Shown here piece by piece: positions 46,045-54,296 of a stretch of DNA of 55,641 nucleotides. The stretch is from an uncultured Gammaproteobacteria bacterium (GTDB lineage Bacteria; Patescibacteriota; Patescibacteriia; UBA1558; 2-01-FULL-52-15): contig CAZASM010000004.1 of assembly GCA_964487895.1 (NCBI GenBank), positions 1 through 55,641 of the forward strand, in the 5' to 3' direction. The position numbers were made by a program, and so were the translations under genes. The notes under the pieces were generated by a model. It was given only the letters and a program-made list of their open reading frames with translations. It made no database searches and had not been told where the DNA came from. Every line of letters starts with the position of its first letter. Position 1 is the first letter of the stretch.

Positions 46045-46917
46045 TTAGTTTTGAGTTTTCCAATCTTTTAGAGCCTGTTCAACGGCTTCATGTACCTCTG
46101 TCATATGCACCCCAGCAGCTTCACGTTTGTCGGAGTTTAGTACACAGCTAGAACGGCGTGCTTTGGCTGCGGTTTTCATGAAGTCGTCTTCGTTAGCAAA
46201 AAATTTAAATTCTTTGGTGGAGATACCGGATTTTTTAATCAGTTCTACTGCTTCCTGCGTTGTAATAAATCCCGGATTGGTCATATTATAGGTTCCGAAC
46301 GGGATTTTTTTGTCAAAGCATTCATAACAAGCTCGGGCAAATTCATCTATCTGAGACAATGAGTTAGTAGCGTTTAATAAGGTGTCGTAGGTTATCCATT
46401 TGGTTAGAATATTGCGATTGTTGTCTACATTATTAAATGGCACGCGCAGTCGCCAGAGATAGCAGGTAGTGGCATCAGCTAGGATTTCCTCAGCTAGTGC
46501 TTTGGTACCAGAGTAGAAGCTACAGTTGTTATGACGGAAGTCAAAATTTGGCACATCCGTTTCTCGGAAGCCCTGACCGTCAGGACTATTACCTTCATAG
46601 ATACAGCCAGATGATACATGCCCCCACGGCAACTGCAACTCATTGCATATTTGCATGGTATGTCCGGGGAAGATGACGTTACCTTCTAATGTTTCCAACT
46701 TATGTAGTTCACAAGCATCGACATTTGGTTTGCCCGTATAGCCAGCACAGTTCACCAAGAAGTCTGGTTTGATATCAGCAATAATTTGGCGCAAAACCTC
46801 CGGCTGAGTGTAGTCTCTCTCTGAGCGTGGAATATTTTTGAAAGCGATATTATTCTGTTGAAAGAATGTTTGAAAGGCTTGGCCGACGTAGCCGCTGCCG
46901 CCTAATAATAGAATCAT
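46045..46917 (-). CDS. NAD(P)-dependent sugar-nucleotide reductase/epimerase, RmlD-like (SDR fold)
   Basis: Rossmann N-terminus MILLLGGSGYVGQAF and an overall RmlD-like layout. Confidence 0.55.
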   Translation of the reverse strand: MILLLGGSGYVGQAFQTFFQQNNIAFKNIPRSERDYTQPEVLRQIIADIKPDFLVNCAGYTGKPNVDACELHKLETLEGNVIFPGHTMQICNELQLPWGHVSSGCIYEGNSPDGQGFRETDVPNFDFRHNNCSFYSGTKALAEEILADATTCYLWRLRVPFNNVDNNRNILTKWITYDTLLNATNSLSQIDEFARACYECFDKKIPFGTYNMTNPGFITTQEAVELIKKSGISTKEFKFFANEDDFMKTAAKARRSSCVLNSDKREAAGVHMTEVHEAVEQALKDWKTQN

Positions 46918-47001
46918 AGTCTATATAATAGCCGTAAATGGGGCAACTGTAGGGGCGACTCTAGAGTCGCCCGTCCCCGTTCGTCGGCCATAAATTTAAT
47001 G

Positions 47002-47889
47002 TTAATTAATATTGCCAGCCAAGTGTTTAATAGATGTTCGTTTAGTATATCCCATTTTGTTTTTGATTTCCTCTTCAGATAATCCTTGTGTATACAGCTT
47101 CGCTAGTCGTGCTCGGCGTAAATCATTGGCTGTTAGGTTTAATCCTGCACTGTGAGCATATTTTTCAATCACTCTCTGAACGGAACGGCTAGTCATGGGT
47201 TTGGGCTTTTTCACTTCTCTACCGCCGACAGCTCGATCATGGGAGATGAAAATATAGGGGTTAGGATAGGATCCGCCTGTGGTGGAAGGGCGTAGGGTTA
47301 AATAATCTTGGATATATCCTCTGACAGATTGAGAAAGTGGTAATTCATGATGACCCTGATGATCTTCATAGCGAATTTTATTCTTTTTCACCTGTTCAAT
47401 TCTCAGATTTGCAACGACTGCCAGCTTCAACCCAGTCTCTAGCATGAGACTAATTAAAGCTTGGTCTCTTTTTTTGATAATCAGAGGAGCGCGAGAGCTC
47501 ATGACTGACCGTAGAAGTTTAGTAAGTTCTGCTGTTGTTGGCAAGGTGGGTTGAGTTGCGTCAACTTTAGTCAATTTGATGGCTTTGGTGACTCGCAGGT
47601 TAACATTATGGGTAGATAGATATTGCAAAAAGTTTCTCAGAGCAATTAGATGATAGTTAATAGTTTTTTTATCTAGTTTTGTCTGACGGCCTTTGAGAGT
47701 TTTGAGATATGTTCGGTAATTAATAATTAGTGAATCAGTAATTTGTGCTGGTGTAGTTACCTTAGACCAGCGCAAAAAACGGCGTAGGTATAGTTCATAA
47801 TTACGAACGGTTAGAGGTGAGCGTTTTTTGATAAATTCCCACTCTTCCAGAAAGCTCAGTAACAATTTTTCTAAGGTATATGATGCCAT
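47002..47889 (-). CDS. Tyrosine recombinase, XerC/XerD/phage-integrase family (divergent catalytic C-terminus)
   Basis: The N-terminal SAM-like core-binding domain (LTVRNYELYLRRFLRW) is clear. The catalytic region (LRRARLAKLY...MGYTKRTS) is degenerate relative to the canonical HxLRH...LGH...Y. Confidence 0.6.
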   Translation of the reverse strand: MASYTLEKLLLSFLEEWEFIKKRSPLTVRNYELYLRRFLRWSKVTTPAQITDSLIINYRTYLKTLKGRQTKLDKKTINYHLIALRNFLQYLSTHNVNLRVTKAIKLTKVDATQPTLPTTAELTKLLRSVMSSRAPLIIKKRDQALISLMLETGLKLAVVANLRIEQVKKNKIRYEDHQGHHELPLSQSVRGYIQDYLTLRPSTTGGSYPNPYIFISHDRAVGGREVKKPKPMTSRSVQRVIEKYAHSAGLNLTANDLRRARLAKLYTQGLSEEEIKNKMGYTKRTSIKHLAGNIN

Positions 47890-48107
47890 GGCATTATTTT
47901 ATGACACAAGACATAAATAATCAATTACTTCCCCGCACCCCTGCCTGCGGTAGACGGGGGAGAGGTGAGGTCATGTATTACATTTTAAGCTTGACAAAAG
48001 TCTATCCTAGTGGTAGTTTACGACTATATTAATTAATCAAGGACTGTCTCTGGGTCAGCCTATCGCTTATAGGTTTATTCTCGGAAACAGCCACGAAATA
48101 TACAACA

Positions 48108-48458
48108 ATGCTAAGCAAAAAAAAGAAGGATCAGATTATTGAGCAGTTTAAGACGCATAAGAACGACACCGGTTCATCCGAGGTCCAGATTGCTATCTTA
48201 ACCTCAGAGATCAAAGAATTAACTAAGCATTTGAAAGATCATCCTAAGGATTTTTCTTCTCGCCGAGGTTTGCTACGTAAAGTATCTCAACGTCGTCGAC
48301 TGCTACGATACTTAGAACGCGAAAGTGAGAAAGCCTTCGATAAAATTGTTAAAGGTTTGAAACTCAATATTTCCAAACGTGAACGTAACACAGAAATGAT
48401 GCCGGATGATGCTCTCCTCGAAGCCGCTGAAGAAGCTAGAAAAGACGCAGAACTATAA
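48108..48458 (+). CDS. rpsO: 30S ribosomal protein S15 with a 30-aa acidic C-terminal extension
   Basis: LTSEIKELTKHLKDHPKDFSSRRGLLRKVSQRRRLLRYL is canonical S15; the tail NISKRERNTEMMPDDALLEAAEEARKDAEL is extra. Confidence 0.85.
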   Translation: MLSKKKKDQIIEQFKTHKNDTGSSEVQIAILTSEIKELTKHLKDHPKDFSSRRGLLRKVSQRRRLLRYLERESEKAFDKIVKGLKLNISKRERNTEMMPDDALLEAAEEARKDAEL

Positions 48459-48463
48459 AATGT

Positions 48464-48499
48464 AATCCCGCATGTTACCAAGGTGTAATCTGCGGGATT
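48464..48499 (+). terminator. Hairpin aatcccgca...tgcgggatt (attenuator/terminator after rpsO)
   Basis: 9-bp perfect stem followed by atttct. Confidence 0.5.
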
Positions 48500-48515
48500 A
48501 TTTCTAAAATAAAAT

Positions 48516-49016
48516 ATGATCAAACACAAAGAACAAAGAGTAGGAGTCTTCGTTGACGTCCAGAACCTATATTATTCAGCTAAGAATCTTTTTCAAGCCA
48601 AAGTAAATTTTGCCAAAGTCTTAGAAGAAGCAGTGGCAGGCAGAAAGTTGGTTCGTGCTGTCGCTTATGTTATTAAAGCACCAAATTCTCTGGAAGATAA
48701 TTTTTTTCAAGCTTTGGATACCATGGGTTATGAGATTAAGTCTAAAGATTTACAAGTTTATGCTGGTGGAAATAAAAAAGGTGACTGGGATGTTGGCTTA
48801 GTCATCGATGCTATCCGCATGTCGCGTAACTTGGACGTAGTCGTTTTGGTTTATGGTGACGGTGACTATGTACCGGCGGTAGAATTTTTACAGAATAATG
48901 GTGTGATGGTTGAAGCGGTGGCTTTTCAAGAAACAACTTCATCGAAACTGATTGACCAAGTGGATGATTTCATTAATCTTTCGGCAAGTAAGAGGAAGTT
49001 TCTTATTAAATACTAG
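48516..49016 (+). CDS. NYN-domain (LabA/DUF88-like, PIN-fold) putative ribonuclease
   Basis: VGVFVDVQNLYYSA...DVGLVIDAI...VVLVYGDGDYVPAV carries the acidic residues of the NYN fold. Confidence 0.65.
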   Translation: MIKHKEQRVGVFVDVQNLYYSAKNLFQAKVNFAKVLEEAVAGRKLVRAVAYVIKAPNSLEDNFFQALDTMGYEIKSKDLQVYAGGNKKGDWDVGLVIDAIRMSRNLDVVVLVYGDGDYVPAVEFLQNNGVMVEAVAFQETTSSKLIDQVDDFINLSASKRKFLIKY

Positions 49017-49020
49017 TGCA

Positions 49021-49100
49021 GTAATTAGTAACTAGTAATTAGCAATTAGAAGCAGCCATTTGGTTGTCCCTAGTTACTAGTTACTAATTACTAATATCTG
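49021..49100. repeat. Long AT-rich inverted repeat (gtaattagtaactagtaattagc ... ctagttactagttactaattac)
   Basis: About 24-nt arms flanking a 30-nt spacer; lies in the pnp leader. Confidence 0.55.
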
Positions 49101-49240
49101 ATCGACAGACACATAGGCCCTGTATCCCTCACAAGGAAACACGAGTCTAAAGCCTGTTGGTCAGCGACCAGAGGCCGCTACGTCGTAGCGGTTGATGGTA
49201 ATAACAAACCAGCCTTTGGCTGGAGAAAGGAATCTGACCA

Positions 49241-51451
49241 ATGAACTCCAAGATACAAGAATTTAAGACCGAGATTGCTGGCAAAGAGCTGATCGTTGAG
49301 ATCGGTAAGTTTGCGCCTCAGGCCAATGCCGCCTGTACTGTTCGTTATGGCGATACAGTAGTATTAGCTACTGTCGTGACCGCTTCTCAGCCACGTGAAG
49401 GGATTGATTATTTTCCTCTGATGGTAGATTTTGAAGAGCGTCTCTATGCTGCTGGTAAGATCAAAGGCTCTCGCTTCATCAAACGTGAAGGTCGTGCTTC
49501 AGATGAAGCAGTTCTGACCGCTCGTCTAGTTGATCGTAGTATCCGTCCGTTATTTAAAGAATCAATTCGTCGTGACGTGCAGGTTGTTCTGACCGTACTC
49601 TCTGTTGATATGGTTAACGATGCTGATATTCCAGCGTTGACCGCCGCTTCAGTAGCTCTAGCTATCTCGCCGATACCATGGGCTGGTCCTCTGGCTGGTG
49701 TGCGTGTCGGTCGGATCAATGGTGAATGGGTTTTGAACGGTAGCTATGAAGCAAGAGAAAAATCTGATTTTGATTTAGTAGTAGCTGGTACTAATGACGG
49801 TGTGATTATGATTGAAGCTGGTGGTAGTCAAGTACCAGAAGATGTCTTTATTGAGGCTATTAATTTCTCCCACAAACATTTGAAGCAACAAATTGCTTTC
49901 ATCAATGATATTGTCAAAGCTGTCGGTCAAACAAAGACTGAAGAAGTTGTTGATGCGGAGGCGAAAGCACTGGAAGATATGGTAACGAAAAAAGTTACTG
50001 ACTTTTTGGCGACCAAAGATCTGACAGCGATGTTTCACCCTGATAAGTTAACCACTAAGAACGCCATGAGTGCAGCCAAGATGGAGTTAGATGCTCTGCT
50101 CAAAGCTGACAGTGAAGTTTCCAAAGACGCTCGAGCTAAGGGTGTGTCACTTTTTGACACCGCTATAGATATCGCTTCCAAGCGCTTAGTATTAGATCAC
50201 AATAAGCGTGTTGACGGTCGTGGTTTAGACGAAATTCGTTCGCTCTCAGCTGATGTCGCTGTTTTACCGCGTACTCATGGTTCTGGTTTATTCAACCGTG
50301 GTGAGACTCAAGTGCTTTCTATTGTCACATTAGGTGCACCTGGAGATGAGCAGACTCTAGATACGATGGAAGAGACCGGCAAGAAGCGCTACATGCATCA
50401 CTACAACTTCCCTGGCTTTGCCGTCGGTGAAGTTAAACCTATTCGTATGCCTTCTCGTCGTGAGATTGGTCATGGTGCTCTAGCGGAGAAAGCTTTGGAG
50501 CCAGTTTTACCAACCAAAGAGCAGTTCCCTTATACTATTCGTGTTGTGTCTGAAGTTCTCGCTTCTAATGGTTCATCCTCACAGGCTTCTATTTGTGGCT
50601 CTACCTTAGCTCTGATGGATGCTGGTGTACCAATCACAGCGCCTGTCTCTGGTATTGCTATGGGCTTAATCACCAATCCTGATAACCACGAAGATTATCG
50701 TATTCTGACAGATATCCAAGGTCTAGAAGATCACTCTGGTGATATGGATTTCAAAGTTGCTGGCACTCCAGCTGGTATTACTGCTATCCAACTAGATATT
50801 AAACTAGGATTTATTACTTTGAAAGTTGTCGAAGAAACAATTCGTAAAGCTCAAATCGCTCGCATGAAGATTTTAGATGTGATGCAAGGAGCTATCAAGA
50901 CTCCACGAGCAGAACTATCTCAGTACGCACCACGTATTATCAGTTTACGCATTGATCCAGAGAAAATTCGTGACGTCATCGGTAGCGGTGGTAAGATTAT
51001 TAATGAAATTATTGATACCTGTGGTGTAGATATTGATATCGAAGATGATGGTCTGGTGATGATCACTTCGACTAGCGCTGAAGGCGGAGAAAAAGCTCGT
51101 CAGTGGGTTATTGACCTGACACGTGAAGTAGAGATTGGTGAAGAAGTCGAAGGTCAGGTAGTGAAAATCGTGGCTGACAAAAATACTGGCGCCGAAATTG
51201 GAGCAATTGTGGAATTTGGCAAAGGACGCGATGGTATGGTCCACATCTCTGAGTTCCGCCATGAGCGCATCCGTACTGTTTCCGAGATTGTGAAGGTTGG
51301 CGACATCATCAAAGTGAAAGTTGTTGATATTGATAAAGAAAAGAATCGTATTTCCTTGTCAGTCAAAGCTCTAATTCCTCGTCCAGCGGGCATGTCTGAG
51401 GATAGCTACCCACCGACTGATCGTCCTCGTCGCCCATTCACTCGTCGTTAA
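49241..51451 (+). CDS. pnp: Polynucleotide phosphorylase (PNPase) with KH and S1 domains
   Basis: Two RNase PH-like cores with C-terminal KH and S1 domains; leader hairpin ccgctacg-tcg-tagcgg at 49174-49193. Confidence 0.9.
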   Translation: MNSKIQEFKTEIAGKELIVEIGKFAPQANAACTVRYGDTVVLATVVTASQPREGIDYFPLMVDFEERLYAAGKIKGSRFIKREGRASDEAVLTARLVDRSIRPLFKESIRRDVQVVLTVLSVDMVNDADIPALTAASVALAISPIPWAGPLAGVRVGRINGEWVLNGSYEAREKSDFDLVVAGTNDGVIMIEAGGSQVPEDVFIEAINFSHKHLKQQIAFINDIVKAVGQTKTEEVVDAEAKALEDMVTKKVTDFLATKDLTAMFHPDKLTTKNAMSAAKMELDALLKADSEVSKDARAKGVSLFDTAIDIASKRLVLDHNKRVDGRGLDEIRSLSADVAVLPRTHGSGLFNRGETQVLSIVTLGAPGDEQTLDTMEETGKKRYMHHYNFPGFAVGEVKPIRMPSRREIGHGALAEKALEPVLPTKEQFPYTIRVVSEVLASNGSSSQASICGSTLALMDAGVPITAPVSGIAMGLITNPDNHEDYRILTDIQGLEDHSGDMDFKVAGTPAGITAIQLDIKLGFITLKVVEETIRKAQIARMKILDVMQGAIKTPRAELSQYAPRIISLRIDPEKIRDVIGSGGKIINEIIDTCGVDIDIEDDGLVMITSTSAEGGEKARQWVIDLTREVEIGEEVEGQVVKIVADKNTGAEIGAIVEFGKGRDGMVHISEFRHERIRTVSEIVKVGDIIKVKVVDIDKEKNRISLSVKALIPRPAGMSEDSYPPTDRPRRPFTRR

Positions 51452-51472
51452 TTTTAGTTCGCTATATCTTCT

Positions 51473-52807
51473 ATGGTAGTACGTCGCTCCTGGGTGCTCG
51501 CAGCTGCGAGCTTGATAGCTGTGGTTTTAGTAGCCTTTGGCTACTGGCTCTGGCGACCAGTCCCACAATTGAATAGTTATCTACCGACCAATAGTCATCT
51601 GATTATTGGTTTTGGTTCTGATTATTTGCACGGTAATCTGACTGATATTGGGCAGATACCGTTGGCAAGCTCACGACAGGAGCTATTAAACTACCTCACA
51701 GATCTAAGCTCCATTGAATTTTCTGAAGTTGATGCAGCAGTGTGGGCAATAACTGATGATTTGAGCGATCAAACTTTATTGTTAAATTTAAAGCATGGTC
51801 TTGCTAAGAATCAGCAAGAAGAAATTAGATCTCGAGTCATCGGTAAACTTGCCTTAGCTTCCCAATCAGCTTGGCGGCAGGTTATGTTCGTAGGATCTGT
51901 AGTTATTATCACCTCTTCAGATAACTATCAAAGACCAGCTAAAATAAATGTGCTCGCTTCCCAATTACCCGATGCTTCAGCTTACTTATTATGGGACCGA
52001 GTATGGCCTAAAAGTCTAACAATAGCTAATTTTGATTTTTTGGGCCAACAATCAACAGGACAAGTTCAGTTTGATAACAAGAATAATCTACGTCGACTGA
52101 TTGTTCGTCTTCCATTGACAGAAAAGTCGGCGCAGAAAACTATTACCCTACCTTTAACTGATAACTTTGAACTATATTTGGACGGTCGGACAGAAGAGTT
52201 GGCTCAACTAAAAGATTTTTCTGTTTTACGACCATGGTACTCTACATTAGAGCAACATTTAGGACAAAGATATGGCTTAGCACTGGAAACAGTTTTGAAA
52301 AGCTTTGGAAATAATATTACTTTTCTCCTCAAGCAAGACTCTTGGTTGGTGCAATCTTCAACTTCCTCTCTGCAACAAGTAGCGAGTAGTATGAGTGGTT
52401 ACTTGTCGCCAATGGTTAAGCGAGGCTCGTTACCTGATGGCAGCGCATATCGAGAGCTAGTCCGCTCAGAGGGCCAATCAAGCACTACAACCATCGCTGG
52501 ACAGCCAATACTTGTCTGGACGGCTGGTCCAGACCAACTTCTATACCAGTTTGATCAACCAGAACGGTCTACTATCAGTAATGATCAGGATCTTTTAGCC
52601 TCAATAATCAGTTCAAAGGAGGCCAGAGGGTCCTGGCAAGCTTGTTTACCTCCAGAGAAGGTCGATTGGACCTCTATAGCTTGGCTCCAAAGCTCCTTAG
52701 AGCAAGGAACTAGCACAATTTTTGCTTTACCAAGTCCTTGGAAGTCCGCCGGAGTGCTGTCAGGGTATACCGAAAGCTTTCAGGAGTATGTTTTCTGTCT
52801 TTTATAG
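51473..52807 (+). CDS. Hypothetical membrane-anchored 444-aa protein
   Basis: N-terminal TM; no recognisable motif. Confidence 0.4.
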   Translation: MVVRRSWVLAAASLIAVVLVAFGYWLWRPVPQLNSYLPTNSHLIIGFGSDYLHGNLTDIGQIPLASSRQELLNYLTDLSSIEFSEVDAAVWAITDDLSDQTLLLNLKHGLAKNQQEEIRSRVIGKLALASQSAWRQVMFVGSVVIITSSDNYQRPAKINVLASQLPDASAYLLWDRVWPKSLTIANFDFLGQQSTGQVQFDNKNNLRRLIVRLPLTEKSAQKTITLPLTDNFELYLDGRTEELAQLKDFSVLRPWYSTLEQHLGQRYGLALETVLKSFGNNITFLLKQDSWLVQSSTSSLQQVASSMSGYLSPMVKRGSLPDGSAYRELVRSEGQSSTTTIAGQPILVWTAGPDQLLYQFDQPERSTISNDQDLLASIISSKEARGSWQACLPPEKVDWTSIAWLQSSLEQGTSTIFALPSPWKSAGVLSGYTESFQEYVFCLL

Positions 52808-52941
52808 AAAAATCTGACTTGTTAATAACTTTCAGCTGAAATGTGGATAAGTTGTTGACATTGTGTACAACTTTTGTCAAAGAAAATTATTATTGTCTAG
52901 AGCATCGCAGTAATGTGGCTAACTCAAGCCACATTTTATTA

Positions 52942-52970
52942 TTGACCCGAGTGCTAAAATGTGCTATAAT
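52942..52970 (+). promoter_or_regulatory. Near-consensus sigma70 promoter TTGACC-17-TATAAT
   Basis: Read directly; no annotated gene for about 440 nt downstream. Confidence 0.6.
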
Positions 52971-52977
52971 GGATGTG

Positions 52978-53300
52978 TAAGTTCATTGAGTTGATCTTAC
53001 ATCGCACATTTTTTAAACAATCATCTTCTGTTCTTGTCAATTTTGAGCTTAACCAACAGGCTCAGCGGAAACAAAAACAAAATCAAAAAAAGGCCAGTCC
53101 TCATTTATGGAGACTCAAGCCAAAGAATGGAAATGATTCAGTCCTCACAGTTGGAAGAGGAACAACAATGTCATTTGGACACAAAATGATACAAATTGAA
53201 CCCATCAGAGGTTCGAGCCGTATCTGGTTCAAGAGACAAGGGCAGACCGCCCACTTAAATTAATTTTTTTAGGGGAATAGTGTCTGCCTTTTAAATTACT
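52978..53300 (+). ncRNA. Orphan transcription unit (candidate small RNA or 31-aa peptide MSFGHKMIQIEPIRGSSRIWFKRQGQTAHLN with RBS ggaagagg)
   Basis: Strong promoter upstream. gggcagac...gtctgcctttt lies at the 3' end. 5' gttcattg can pair with 3' caattgaac. No long credible ORF. Confidence 0.3.
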
Positions 53301-53414
53301 CAAAATTTATAAATTTCTAAGCACTCTTTCTGATAAAAAGGCTAAAATGAGCCAAATTATCAGGGTGGACAAGCAAGTAAATCTATAGTAATATTGTCCT
53401 ATTAACCTATATTT

Positions 53415-53783
53415 ATGGCTTTGACACCAACATTTTTAACAGAACAGAAAGCTAAACTGGAAGCTCGTCGAGCCGAGCTAATGCGTGAATTGAACGAAGA
53501 CTCTACGCCTAATAAGAATTCTGCTGGTGACTTCGACGCCAAGTTCCCTGATTTTGGTGATAAGGAAGACGATAATGCAGCAGAAGTGGAGATTTTTGAG
53601 CGTAATCTCTCAATGGAGAAGAATTTGGAAGTATCTTTATTCAATGTAGACAAGGCCCTAAGAAAGATGGAGGACGGCACCTTTGGTATCTGCGAGAAGT
53701 GCGGTAAGGAGATTGCTCAGGATCGTCTTAATGCTTTCCCCTCTGCTACCGCCTGTATGGATTGCAAGAACAAAGGACTCTAA
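53415..53783 (+). CDS. DksA/TraR-family C4 zinc-finger protein
   Basis: C-terminal CEKCGKEI...CMDCK four-Cys finger and an N-terminal coiled coil. Confidence 0.7.
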   Translation: MALTPTFLTEQKAKLEARRAELMRELNEDSTPNKNSAGDFDAKFPDFGDKEDDNAAEVEIFERNLSMEKNLEVSLFNVDKALRKMEDGTFGICEKCGKEIAQDRLNAFPSATACMDCKNKGL

Positions 53784-54221
53784 ATGAAAGTACGGTTAGT
53801 CTGTTTGGCAATATTAGCTGTCGCAAGTAGACTGATTGGAATAGTGTTATTACAAACACCTCTGGAAACATTACAAGGTTTCGGAGGTTTTTTAGTTGTA
53901 GTGAAAAATTATAATGCAGCTTTTTCAGTTAACTGGCCCGTCTGGATTTTTTGGCCACTTGTAATTTTAATAATTAGCTATATTATTTGGCAGGCCTTTG
54001 TCCTGTGGCAGAAAAAAAATCCAGAATTTTTCATCTGGGGTTTGATTGCCATCGGAGCGATAAATAATTTGATTGATCGTCTCCAATACGGAGCAGTGAT
54101 TGACTATCTTCGTGTTGGTTGGTGGCCGGTTTTTAATCTGGCTGATAGTATGATTGTGATTGGAGTCATTTTATTGGTTTGGAAACAAATCAAAATAAAA
54201 AAACGGAGTGACAATTTTTAA
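53784..54221 (+). CDS. lspA: Lipoprotein signal peptidase (signal peptidase II)
   Basis: Conserved FNLADSMI and DYLRVGWWP motifs; four TM helices. Confidence 0.75.
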   Translation: MKVRLVCLAILAVASRLIGIVLLQTPLETLQGFGGFLVVVKNYNAAFSVNWPVWIFWPLVILIISYIIWQAFVLWQKKNPEFFIWGLIAIGAINNLIDRLQYGAVIDYLRVGWWPVFNLADSMIVIGVILLVWKQIKIKKRSDNF

Positions 54222-54224
54222 GAC

Positions 54225-54295
54225 CACCCCAGGTCTGCGACCTGCCCCTCCTTTTAAAAGGAGGGGAAAGGGGTGGTAGTCTCTCCGTTTTTTTA
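54225..54295. terminator. Nested GC-rich hairpins (ccacccc...cccctccttttaaaaggagggg...ggggtgg) followed by a T-run
   Basis: Read directly; sits between convergent genes. Confidence 0.6.
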
Positions 54296-54296
54296 T

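Noticed and set aside
52973-53263. 96-aa ORF in the orphan transcript
   Set aside because: It has a low-complexity KQKQNQKK stretch and no RBS at its start. Only the terminal 31 codons have an RBS. Treated as a candidate sRNA or small-peptide locus instead.
52978-53300. tmRNA, RNase P RNA or SRP RNA identity for the orphan transcript
   Set aside because: No tRNA-like acceptor/T-arm with 3' CCA, no RNase P P4 core motifs, and no SRP domain-IV motif could be found by eye.
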